Shown: positions 39,935 through 51,955 of the stretch, piece by piece | Layout of the letters: the number at the start of each line of letters is the position of its first letter | Numbering within the stretch: the stretch's first letter is position 1 | Source of the DNA: Eledone cirrhosa | Lineage: Eukaryota | DNA: 64,000 bases | NCBI GenBank assembly: GCA_964016885.1 | Contig: OZ024743.1 | Span: 280,984,001 to 281,048,000, forward strand | Direction of reading: 5' to 3' | Position numbers and translations under genes: made by a program | The notes under the pieces: generated by a model | Told to the model about the DNA's origin: nothing | The model's input: only the letters and a program-made list of their open reading frames with translations | Database searches by the model: none

Positions 39935-39957
39935 AGATAGATAGATAGATAGATAGA
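39935..39957. repeat. (GATA)n at the 5' junction of element C
   Basis: Direct reading. Confidence 0.9.
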
Positions 39958-40304
39958 AGAGTGGGTAGGGTGTTCTTGTGCGCTCGCACATATGTGTGTG
40001 CGCTTGTGTATGCATATGCGTGTGTGCGCATGTATGAGTGTAGGCTTGAGTATGCGCACCAATGTGTGTGTGTGTGAGTGTATGAGTATATATGTGTGTG
40101 TATGTGTGTGTGTGTGTGTAAGTTGTTCTGGTGGTGAAGTTCAGTTCGCTGTATTTATATATTCCCGATCTGATGACTCCATATATATCTCTAATCAATT
40201 TCCATTCTATCTATATCGGAATCATTTCATATTGCAATCATTCAGTCAAACCAGAGAGATACCCATACGCATGCGCGCAAATCTGCCTCTAAGCGCGCCT
40301 TAAT

Positions 40305-40770
40305 GTACACTCGCTCACATTCACACATGTGTGTATGTGTGTTTGGTTCTTTATATATTTTTGTTTTAGGTGTAATCCCGCTCACACACACACACACTCA
40401 CACACACACTCACACACACACACACACACATTCATGCACACAACAAATACACACACACACACAAATACACACACACCCGTGCTAGCGCACACGCACATGC
40501 ACACATACACGCACACACACACACGCACGCACACATTCACACACGTGTGTATGTGTGTTTGATTCTTTATATATTTTTGCTTTAAATGTAGTCCCGCTCA
40601 CATACACACACGAATACACACACACACGCACAAATACACACGCACACACACACGCACACCCACACACACATGCACGCACACACACTTACACACATGCACA
40701 CACGCGCACACACACATACACACATGCACACACGTACACACGCATGCACACATACACACACCACACGTAC
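40305..40770. repeat. (CA)-rich low-complexity region with a ~215-bp duplication
   Basis: GTGTGTATGTGTGTTTG.TTCTTTATATATTTTTG..TTA..TGTA.TCCCGCTCACA occurs at 40329 and 40545. Confidence 0.75.
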
Positions 40771-41245
40771 AAACATCACTGTCTTCGTGTCTCTTGATAC
40801 GTTTATAGTTACTTTTGTTTATCATTCATTTTCACGAACGTATGTGTATGTTCCCGTGTGTTATGTATGTGTATATGTGCATGTGTCCTGTCTGTGTGTA
40901 TGGTCTACACATTTTTACTCATCATAAAGACTACTTTGACCCAGGCGAATATACAATATAGGCGACGGCAGTTATATTTTGGTATATATAGATCGATATA
41001 GATCGATATACCTTCCTTTTCTTTGCCTTATCCCTTTATTTAATGGGTTCTGATAGTAAAGTGTGTGTATGTCTGACTTGAGTAATAGGGTATTTTTAGG
41101 TCTGCAGTATATCCATGCATCCATTCATTGGCCGTTATCTCCTAGTGGAGTCATAGGGACACCCTTTTGACATACGGGTTGTCTTGGGTGTTTTAAACCT
41201 GGTGGAGTCCATCCCTTTCCACGTCTAGACACAGCCGATTTCTTC

Positions 41246-41303
<58 letters not shown>

Positions 41304-41354
41304 GGGTTTAAGTACTGCTCTGACATGTAGCCAATTGCCGTTGGCACAGATTGA

Positions 41355-41485
41355 TTAAATCGACCACAGTAGTTCAATAAGGTTTATTTTATCAACCTCA
41401 GAAGGATAAAAGACGAAGTTGCCTTTGGTTAGCATTTGAAGACAAAACATAAAACTCAGGAATGGTTCTGCCAATCCACCGCCCG
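41355..41485 (-). mobile_element. Degenerate Nin/Deu-type SINE
   Basis: Minus strand GGTGGATTGGCAGAA...TTTTATCCTTCTGAGGTTGATAAAATAAA. Confidence 0.5.
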
Positions 41486-41639
41486 AGATCAATTTATGTG
41501 TGCATGTGTGTGTGAGTGAGTGTGCGTGATTACACTTGAGCATCCACGACTACAGAACTCTTTATATTGCGATATCAGTAAATATGTCAGTATGTCTGTT
41601 CCACGTATGTTTGCACACAGAGAGGCAATTAACCCGAGT

Positions 41640-41890
41640 GTTTTTGATAAGTTAGGTGTTCTGTTTTCCCAGAGAGATTGGTTTGAAGTACATCTGGTTC
41701 TGAGACAAGGTTGTCTGTTACACCTGCTCCACTCTTTTCAAGATCTTCCTTGAATTGTTACGAATTCTCGGAAGATGTTGGCGTCGACAAAAATATGCTA
41801 CTCATAAAACAATTGTACTCACTACGGATATTTGGGCCCTGAACTCCTGATGGAGCTATAAGTTCCGCAAACATTCTATCCCACGTCTTG
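41640..41890 (+). pseudogene. Decayed non-LTR reverse transcriptase fragment
   Basis: DWFEVHLVLRQGCLL resembles the RT GVRQGCxLS motif; there is no other support. Confidence 0.4.
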
Positions 41891-42048
41891 CTGATATTAT
41901 ATATGTTCAATCATACGCGTAATTACACAACAGAATAATGGTCAGAAACATACATGTCTTATAATAGATAACATAATCAATGAACTAAGGTAGTCGATTT
42001 AAGAAGACGTCGCCAGCACCTTGATTATTTAGATTTAGTCATGCAAAG

Positions 42049-42308
42049 CAGTGTTTCACAGAGTGGGTTCCGAGATACCCAAGGTTCTGCAAAAACATTC
42101 TGCGGTTCTACAAGATAAATTACTTAGAATAAAATTTAATCAAATTTATCTTGTTATTTTAAATATAAATAAAATCTCCCTATCAAACAATATTTCTTTC
42201 ATTTAATTAGGCTGGCAAGGAATGTCCATGGAATATAGATATGTATTCTGTGATTTATTAGAAAATCATGTAAGAATTTCGTGACAAAAAAATCTTTGGA
42301 AGAGACTG
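42049..42308. mobile_element. Possible hAT/Charlie-type MITE
   Basis: CAGTGTTTCACAGAG...CTTTGGAAGAGACTG imperfect termini and GGTTC-rich subterminal motifs. Confidence 0.4.
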
Positions 42309-42593
42309 ATGTATTGTATTTATACTTGAGTGTAAGTTAATAATTTCGCAATCATTTAATTACAACGGTGCTATATAGTTTACACCTGTGTGTATATGAA
42401 TGTGTGCGTGTATGTGTGTTTTTACAGCTAGGTGAGAGAGATATAGTATATCTATCGTCATGACTATAGAAATAGTATAATTTAGGAAACGACTTCTTGA
42501 TCCTTCGACATACTATCCATTCAGTCACTCAGTCATCAGAATGGATAATATAACAGAGAAAACAATGAAGACAGCAACATCAATTGTTACGTG

Positions 42594-42642
<49 letters not shown>

Positions 42643-42726
42643 ATAATAATAAATTTGAAGAATAAAATCCAAAGAGGGCTCGATAAGGATAAATATATAT
42701 CAAATATATAAGAACCGTAGAGCAAA

Positions 42727-42805
42727 TATTTATTAAAATAACAGATTAAGGGTGAAAGCAGCGATTCTTTGCTTAAACTTTAATCTGTTATTTTAATAAA
42801 TATAT
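42727..42805. repeat. Short foldback next to (TA)n
   Basis: TATTTATTAAAATAACAGATTAA / TTAATCTGTTATTTTAATAAATA. Confidence 0.8.
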
Positions 42806-42806
42806 A

Positions 42807-42863
<57 letters not shown>

Positions 42864-43322
42864 GAAAAGTGTAGAAATTATTACGAGCAAGAAGCACACA
42901 GTACTTCATAATATATAAGTGACTATAGCGTCAAAATGGGAAAATAATTAACGTAAGATGTGGGAAAAATAATTCAAACTCAATTCAAAAAGAATCAGGA
43001 TATAGATTCATCCAACAGAATTTAGTGAAATTCAGGGAAAAATAATTAGAGCCTTAACTCATGATAAAATAAAGTTTAAAATACTCATCCTTCAATTTGG
43101 AAAAACTACAAAGGCTCTGTATAGTCTTGAAAAGACTATTTCTCGAAACTTTCATTGGGGATGGTCACGGTTGGATTCGATCATCAGCAGAGGTCAACAC
43201 AATAACCAAAATCTCACTGATTATAATATGCCAAAAAGGGAATTTAAAAGCAGGCTAGTTCGACATCATGCGTAATTATGAAAATAAAACGCATATATAT
43301 ATATAATTTTCTTATTTTACGT

Positions 43323-43365
<43 letters not shown>

Positions 43366-43368
<3 letters not shown>

Positions 43369-43659
43369 ACGTAAAATAAGAAAATTATAAAAATTAACTT
43401 ACTTACTAAAATTTCACTCCAACTAATTAGTTTCTGAAAGGGAATAAACATAGTTTCCGCAGAAACATACAGAGAAGCCTTTCGTCATCAGGGAAGTCTA
43501 TTCTCAGCTAAGTTTCCAGGCAATGCGTGGACAATGATGACGAAAGGCTTCTCCGTACGTTTCTTCGGAAACTATGTTTATTCCCTTTCAGAAACTAATT
43601 AGTTGGAGTGAAATTTTAGTAAGTAAGTTAATTTTTATAATTTTCTTATTTTACGTCTT
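43366..43659. repeat. Foldback (~125-bp arms, 44-bp spacer) next to (TA)n
   Basis: 43366-43490 is the reverse complement of 43535-43659. Confidence 0.9.
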
Positions 43660-43781
43660 TCATATTATTGTTCTGCATCCCCATGCATTGAACCACAAAG
43701 TTACTAACACAAAACCTATATATTTGCTGGCATAGGTATGCATCTGTATATATATGTTAGTAGATATACTAATTCTTTATA

Positions 43782-43812
<31 letters not shown>

Positions 43813-43900
43813 GCAAAAGTTCTATTTAAATTGTTGGGATACAACAAGCAAATATTTTTATAACTGATATAAGGCACTCAACAAGTATTTGGAGTAAAAC

Positions 43901-44078
43901 ATACGATATTAACAAATGGAAACTATATTTATAAAACCATATTTATTTTATTATACATATTTCAAGGACACCACGTTAAATTATGATGTGCTTTCATCAG
44001 ACTTTAACGTGGTGTCCTTGAAATATGTATAATAAAATAAATATGGTTTTATAAATATAGTTTCCATTTGTTAATATC

Positions 44079-44082
<4 letters not shown>
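43901..44082. repeat. Foldback (~80-bp arms) next to (TA)n
   Basis: 43901-43980 is the reverse complement of 44003-44082. Confidence 0.9.
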
Positions 44083-44171
<89 letters not shown>

Positions 44172-44325
44172 TTGTAATAAAATGAAAACGAAATTTCATT
44201 TCTCACTCTTAGTACGGCACTTACGGCATAAAATTCAGGCTGTTCAGTTTGTTTACAAACGAACAAAGCGGGCGCTATAATAGGCGTCCGCTAAACTGAT
44301 ACGTACATATATGTATGTGTACCTG

Positions 44326-44373
<48 letters not shown>

Positions 44374-44423
44374 TGCTACTGTACGTCTGTATACATATAT
44401 GTATGTACGTATACATACATACT

Positions 44424-44492
<69 letters not shown>

Positions 44493-44568
44493 CGAAGGAA
44501 TTGTGGTAAGGAACCAGGTGGACCATAACGCACCAAAGTACTCAATACTTAGGATAGTAGAGTGGGTA

Positions 44569-44655
44569 ATAGGAACGAGTAGGACCCCGACGGCAATTTA
44601 GTCCAGAATTAGCCGTCGAAACGGCTTGAGCTCAGCCGTCGGGGTCCTACTCGTT

Positions 44656-44660
<5 letters not shown>
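44569..44660. repeat. Foldback containing an HHR lacking its CUGANGA core
   Basis: ACCCC-GACGGC...GCCGTC-GAAA-CGGCTTGAGCTCAGCCG-TC-GGGGT. Confidence 0.7.
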
Positions 44661-44729
<69 letters not shown>

Positions 44730-44929
44730 TTTTATTTTCATAATTACGCATGATGTCGAACTAGCCTGCTTTTAAATTCCCTTTTACAATTAAATAGCTC
44801 AAAGAAAGGAATATTTCTGAGCCATGTAATACAAATGAATATATGATAGGGATAAACACTCAGTCTTCTTAAGTATTTTGAAGTGAAACTTACCAATTTC
44901 TGGATACCTGCAGAAGAGCACAGAAATAG

Positions 44930-45207
44930 GAACTTTCACTGTGTTATATATATCGAAAGTCATCTTCGCAGTCATAAAGTAAGACCAGTGGTTGACTACC
45001 AGGCTGCTGTTGGAGATGCTACTCATCATGCTTGCCAAACATGTGGTAGAGAATGTAAATCAGCAGGAGGGCTCAAGCGACATGCAAAAGTACACGAACT
45101 CCAACCACAGCTGGATTCCCAGTGAATGTTTTGGTTGCCGACTCCGTGCAAGACATTTTAGATCATTGGCTGGGCTAAAAAGCCACATTCGATCGCAACG
45201 CTGTTAG
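44930..45207 (+). mobile_element. 3' end of an RTE-like LINE with C2H2 zinc-finger remnants
   Basis: CQTCGRECKSAGGLKRHAKVH and [13 protein letters not shown], followed by a (TG)n tail. Confidence 0.55.
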
Positions 45208-45423
45208 TTGCTATCGTGTGTGTGTGTATAGATATGTTTATGTGTGTGCGTGTGTGTGTATATATATATGTATATGTATATTATTATTGTTGTTGTTGTC
45301 GTTATTATTATTGTCGTTATTATTATTATTATTATTGTTATAATGTATATGTGTGTATGTATACATATATATGTGTATGTATGTATGTATGTGTGTGTGT
45401 GTTCAACACTGACAGGAAGGTAT

Positions 45424-45466
45424 ACGATGCTGACGATAGCTAATAAGCTTGAAACTAGTTCATCGT
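45424..45466 (+). ncRNA. Minimal type I hammerhead ribozyme, copy 1
   Basis: ACGATG-CTGACGA-TAGCT-AATA-AGCTT-GAAA-CTAG-TT-CATCGT. Confidence 0.8.
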
Positions 45467-45853
45467 TCCTTTGTCAGTGTTGAACAAAAGGGCAACGATG
45501 GTTGCTTAACACTGAACGGCTTAATTCAGGCTGTTTGTTTACAAACAAACCGAACATTATAATAAATGTTCGGTAAACCCATACGTACACATATATATAT
45601 ATGTGCATGTATGTATATATATACATACTACTGTACGTTTGTATACCTATATGTATGTACGTGTACATACTTATATTTAAGTAACAGCCGTACTAAGAGT
45701 GAGAAATGAAATTTCGTTTCATTTTTTCCATTTATCGTTTTCGGTGCGCCCGGCCGACTAACTCACTCGATATGCAAATTAGACTGGTCAGCCGTTAATA
45801 TGCATAAGGAAAGTATATACTTTCAAATGTTCAATCATCTGACAGGAAGGTAT

Positions 45854-45896
45854 ACGATGCTGACGATAGCTAATAAGCTTGAAACTAGTTCATCGT
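45854..45896 (+). ncRNA. Minimal type I hammerhead ribozyme, copy 2
   Basis: Identical to 45424-45466. Confidence 0.8.
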
Positions 45897-46164
45897 TTCT
45901 TTGTCAGTGTTGAACAAAAGAGCAACGATGGTTGCTGAACACTGTACGACTTAATTCGGGCTGTTTGTTTACAAACAAACCCAACATTATAATAAATGTT
46001 CGGTAAACCCATACGTACACATATATATATGTGTGCATGTATGTATATATATACATACTACTGTATATCTGTATACATATATGTATGTACGTGTACATAC
46101 TTATAATTAAGTAACAGCCGTACTAAGAGTGAGAAAAGAAATGAAATTTCGTTTCATTTTTTCC

Positions 46165-46194
<30 letters not shown>

Positions 46195-46199
<5 letters not shown>

Positions 46200-46318
46200 A
46201 AAAGAGTCAGGACCCCGACGTCTGAGCTCGGGCCGTTTTGACAGCTAGATCCAAACGTTCGGATCTAGCTGTCGAAACGGCCGGAGCTCAGCCGTCGGGG
46301 TCCTGACTCTTTTCCTAT
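46195..46318. repeat. Near-perfect palindrome made of two HHR 3' halves (same family as 44569-44660)
   Basis: Right arm TAGCTGTC-GAAA-CGGCCGGAGCTCAGCCG-TC-GGGGT, mirrored on the left. Confidence 0.75.
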
Positions 46319-46517
46319 TAACCACTCTACTACCTTAAGTACTGAGTACTCTGGTGCATTATGTTCCACCTGTATTACAATATACACTATATATACATTC
46401 ATATATATATGGCTATTTCAGAGCACCAATTTTAATTTTCAATTTCTGCTGGACCGGAGACCGCTCTGTATAATCAGTTCCTGATTATTACTGGAATTCT
46501 ATAAGAATCCAACACAC

Positions 46518-46620
46518 TTAGTTTTCAGCAAACAGGGAGAGTAGTGAGCTTTGATAAGTACCAAAAAGTACGAAACAGGGCTCTGTCAGCTTATCCCCCC
46601 TTGTTTGCTGAAAATTTAAG
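46518..46620 (+). ncRNA. Degenerate type I hammerhead motif with a long stem I
   Basis: TGAGCT-TTGATAA-GTAC-CAAAAA-GTAC-GAAA-CAGGGCTCTG-TC-AGCTTA, extended by TTTTCAGCAAACA / TGTTTGCTGAAAA. Confidence 0.55.
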
Positions 46621-46750
46621 TAAGCGACATTGCCGCTACTCTAAAACAATAGCGTTACGTCTTCAAAATGCTTTTAATTAAGCATACAGTGTATTGCAAA
46701 ATATACTATATATACATTCATATATATATATCGGTATTTCAGAGCACCAA

Positions 46751-46799
<49 letters not shown>

Positions 46800-47058
46800 T
46801 AATTTAAAGTACCTTAACATATATGATGATGAATATGTAACTCAGTAAAAAAGTAAAAAACCTCAATGGCATTTGTCTAGAGCATCAATAATTCAAATTA
46901 AAAAACATATATGCCGACTATATAACCATATATCATTAGAGAAACACATAGTATTTTGTGTGTATATATAAAGCATATAATATTTAGGAAAGACTATATA
47001 CCCCAAGGTGAAAAAATCATTATATTCCTTACGGCGCCGTGTCATAGCCCCTAGAACC

Positions 47059-47744
47059 AGGTTGAGATATCTTGTCTCTAACGCGATAAATATCGATGAT
47101 TCCTAGCAGACAACTGATGGTGGATAATACCCTCTTTCGCCCGTAACTTTTTATTTTCATTATACTTAAATGCAACCACACAGCCCGCCATTTTATTCAT
47201 ATAATTTTCCATATCCGCTGTGACCCGACTTTTCTCTTCCCTTGCTGCTATCAACTCTCCACAGTCTCTCTCTTTCTCCCTCTTACTTTCGCTCATCCTC
47301 TCTGTTAGTCACTTTCTCTCTGCTAGCCTGCCACTATAACTATCCCTTTCTTCGCTTCCTCTTACTTTCACTCACTCCCTCTCTGCTAGTCACCCTCTCT
47401 CCGCTAGCTCCCTTCCTCCCTCATCCGCCACTGCAAGCAGTCTCTTTTCTCGTTCACACTGCTTCAGTCAAGACGTGTCTGTTCTCTCTCGTCACACTTG
47501 TCAGGACTTATGTCCGAAAACAGTTTGTTGACTTGGTATTTTTCCTCTCTTTACGTTGCTTTACTTTTCGTGTCTGTTTATCCCAATAACTTATTTTAGT
47601 TATTGATCGCCCTAGGTTGAGATATCTTGTCTCTAACGCGAAGAAATATCGATGATTCCTAGCAGACAACTGATGATGGATAAACCCTCTTTCGCCCGTA
47701 ACTGTTTATTTTCATTATACTTAAATGCAACCACACAGCCCGCC

Positions 47745-47746
<2 letters not shown>
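47059..47746. repeat. ~140-bp direct repeats (47059-47212, 47613-47746) flanking a CT-rich 400-bp core
   Basis: AGGTTGAGATATCTTGTCTCTAACGCG...CAACCACACAGCCCGCCATT occurs twice. Confidence 0.8.
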
Positions 47747-47791
<45 letters not shown>

Positions 47792-47823
47792 ATACATCAT
47801 TAGAGAAACACATAGTATTTTGT

Positions 47824-47903
<80 letters not shown>

Positions 47904-48104
47904 CGGACTTCTACAATTTCTTTCTACCAAATTGCGCTTCCAAGGCATTAGTCAACCCGAGCATATAGTAGAAGGCACTCGTCAAATGTGCCAAACAGTG
48001 AAACTGAACCCTGAACTACATGGTTACGAAGCGAACTCCTTAAGCACATTATATATATATATATGGGGGGGCGGTGTACATGCATACATACATACATACA
48101 TACA

Positions 48105-48137
<33 letters not shown>

Positions 48138-48737
48138 GGTGGCTGCCAACTCGTTTTCGAGTACGGCCATTACTTTATATCCATGTTGCAGAACCCCTAC
48201 CGATGCGCTGAACGAGTGTGACTTTTTAGTCCAGCCAGCGACTTGAAAACTCTGGTACAAACACTACACTTGTGACAATTATTGACACATAGGGCTGGGC
48301 CCATGGTACCATGTGACGACAAGTGCAGAGAGATCTCCAGATATAAAGCAATGCCTGTGCCGTGGAGCTTTTATAGTGAGCAAAGGCACTGCACAAAGCC
48401 AGTCCCACTCTCTTAACCAAGATGATATTTACCAAAAAGAAGAACAAGTCAACATCATTGGATACCATCAGGGTTGCAGGTGTTATATCAGAGTTTTCCT
48501 TCTCCTAGAATTCTGCCTTGACAAAGGCTAAGGGGTCATCTCTCCCGGTGATTTTGGATGGCCATTGACTCTTAAGAGCTCCTTTGCCCTTTGACAGGTT
48601 TTGTTTTTAGTCCTGCAGGATGTCCAAAGTGACCCTCCTCACCAAGAAACCTTGGTGGGGTTGCTAGTTTAGTCGCCAACGACCCGACCATGAGACAGGT
48701 TGTACTGGGATACATGTTACCAGTAGCACCAACTGAC
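48138..48737 (-). mobile_element. ~600-bp non-autonomous RTE-derived element bounded by (TACA)n
   Basis: Minus strand has the RTE-type 5'UTR motif CTTAGCC...CTAGGAGAAGGAAAACTCTGA, a C2H2 remnant ([13 protein letters not shown]) and a (TATG)n tail. Confidence 0.65.
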
Positions 48738-49612
48738 ATACATATATACATACATACATACATACAAACATACATACATACATACATACATACATACATA
48801 CATACATACATACATACATACATACATACATACATACATACATCTGTTCTTCTATTTGTCTATATTTCTTATAATCTATCTATGAACCTATCTACTTATG
48901 TTTACTGCCTCAAATTTAAGTCTATTCCTCTATTCTTTCAGTTGTATTATTCATTTCAATCTCAAATGCATTTCTTTCATACAGATAAATTTGTTCTACG
49001 ACTCGGATGAACAGAAGACCTACTATAAATTATTCTGAACATTACATATCTTTACAGGGCATCAATTTCATCAACTGAAATATATATATATTTATAAGAC
49101 ATAGTAATCAACTCTAAACTTACAAATTACACAATATAGAAAGTCGTATAACACATCACTCCTGATATGATAATAGAATTTGTCACGAAATACAATTCTC
49201 GACAGCTACATGTTATGTGGGTCAAGTTATTCACAACAGCGTTCAACATTTATTGCCGCATAGATCAGATTTACTTGTATATATGTACTGTGCCAGTGAT
49301 TATATATTTTATATTTAGTTAGATTTATTTTATATTATATTTGATGAATAATAATGTCGTTAGATACAGATTTGTAATCAGTCAATCATTTTTTCAAAGC
49401 ATTTTTGATGGCGAAAATGGCACGGGATTGTGTCTGGTGGTCGGTGAGAAGCAAATACCACAAAGGGTATATTAATTTTAAAACTTTGATTTTTGGTTTT
49501 GTCAATAATTTTTTTTTTTAAAGTATGCTTCTTACTTATCTCTTTTTGTTGGACTAAGACCATTAAAGGAAAAATATATAAATATATAAAATAAAATAGT
49601 TGATTATTACGA

Positions 49613-50160
49613 GCTAGTCAATTTCTACGGGCTAAAAGGAATGACTAGGTAAATTTTATCTGGCTGTCCCACTCGGAAGATAGTCTGTATCATTTGTCTA
49701 TTATTTCTTCATAGTTACATTTTAAACTTATAGCCTCGTTTAAATGATTATTTATGTGGTTGATTTATACGGACTAGGGGGAGGAAATATTGTATATATT
49801 TTATCTAATAATTCTTCAAACTTGCAATTTTATATATAGCTCTGATTAATGATTATTTGCTTAATTAATTCTTCATTGAGCCACACCGTGAAAGGTAGCC
49901 AAATGTATCTAGACTATGTCTAATTATATACATATATCATTTTCAATTTTATATATATACATATAATTGTTTCTACTTTTGGCACAAGGCCACCAATTAA
50001 CCAGTGCATTACTGGTACTTTATTTTATCGACCCAGTAAGGATGAAAGGCAAAGTTAACCACGACGGGATTTGACTTTGCCTTTCATCCTTACGGGGTCG
50101 ATAAAATAAAGTACCAGTAATGCACTGGTTAATTGGTGGCCTTGTGCCAAAAGTAGAAAC

Positions 50161-50200
<40 letters not shown>

Positions 50201-50460
50201 TCAAAGGGATATATGTATATAATTAGACATAGTCACAGATACATATATGAGTTTGGCTACCTTTCACGGTGTGGCTCAATGAAGAATTAATTAAGCAAAT
50301 AATTATTAATCAGAGCTATATATAAAATTACAAGTTTGAAGAATTATTAGATAAAATATATACAGTATTTTCTACTTTAGGTACAAGGCCAGCAATTATC
50401 CAGTGCATTACTGGTACTTTATTTTATCGACCCCGTAAGGATGAAAGGCAAAGTTAATGA
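49613..50460. repeat. Composite foldback of a pLTR-like segment and SINE 3' halves
   Basis: 49790-50060 mirrors 50075-50370; three SINE Nin-domain fragments in alternating orientation. Confidence 0.75.
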
Positions 50461-50722
50461 ACAGGATACTAGGAAGAACTTACTTTTTCCTAGTACCCTG
50501 TTCATACCAAATTACATGTATTCACCGATCCTGCTGAGGAGGTCCCTCGTGCCATCACATACATCTGAAGATATTTTAATTAGGGGGCTATGACCAGCAA
50601 GAGAAATTTGGAGAGCCTATAATTGCTCGTGGTGCTGGTTCCGGTAACAGGTCGTGGTCCTGCAGTTTCCGCAGTAGTGTTATGACACTTACGATCCAAC
50701 CCACCCACTTATGTATGTGTGC

Positions 50723-51515
<793 letters not shown>

Positions 51516-51899
51516 CATGTTTTTTCTCCTTTCAGATTTGGTGGTACCAATCAAAAAAATGCCAGCGTTTCTTCGTGTATAATCTAATGAGAAGTTTGGC
51601 CTCTATCCTGACAAGCTGTCCACAACGAACATGTTGCGAGTAATTCCGAAAACGGAAATAACTTTTTCTAACAACAAACCGAAACACACAGAAAAGCGGA
51701 AGGAGGGTGAGGGGCAGGAATAGAAAGGAGAAAAGACGAACAACATAACTTGCTTTCATACACTTCCACTTCCTCCTACAGCCTCCTCTTTATTTTATCA
51801 TCCTCATCATTGCTATTCTTACCCAAATTCACTTCATACTTCATACTTCACACGTTTTCCTTCTTTCGCAGCCTCCTTCATTTTGATTTTCTTGATTCT

Positions 51900-51914
51900 T
51901 CGTCAACATCATCA

Positions 51915-51955
<41 letters not shown>

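Larger units (their letters stand above)
45410..46170 (+). mobile_element. Partial tandem repeat (430-bp period) with a minimal HHR in each copy; retrozyme-like or non-autonomous PLE
   Basis: 45410-45735 is approximately equal to 45840-46170; identical HHRs. Confidence 0.75.

Noticed and set aside
51575-51690. Hammerhead-like CTAATGA...GAAAC
   Set aside because: Core mismatch and no convincing stems I or III.
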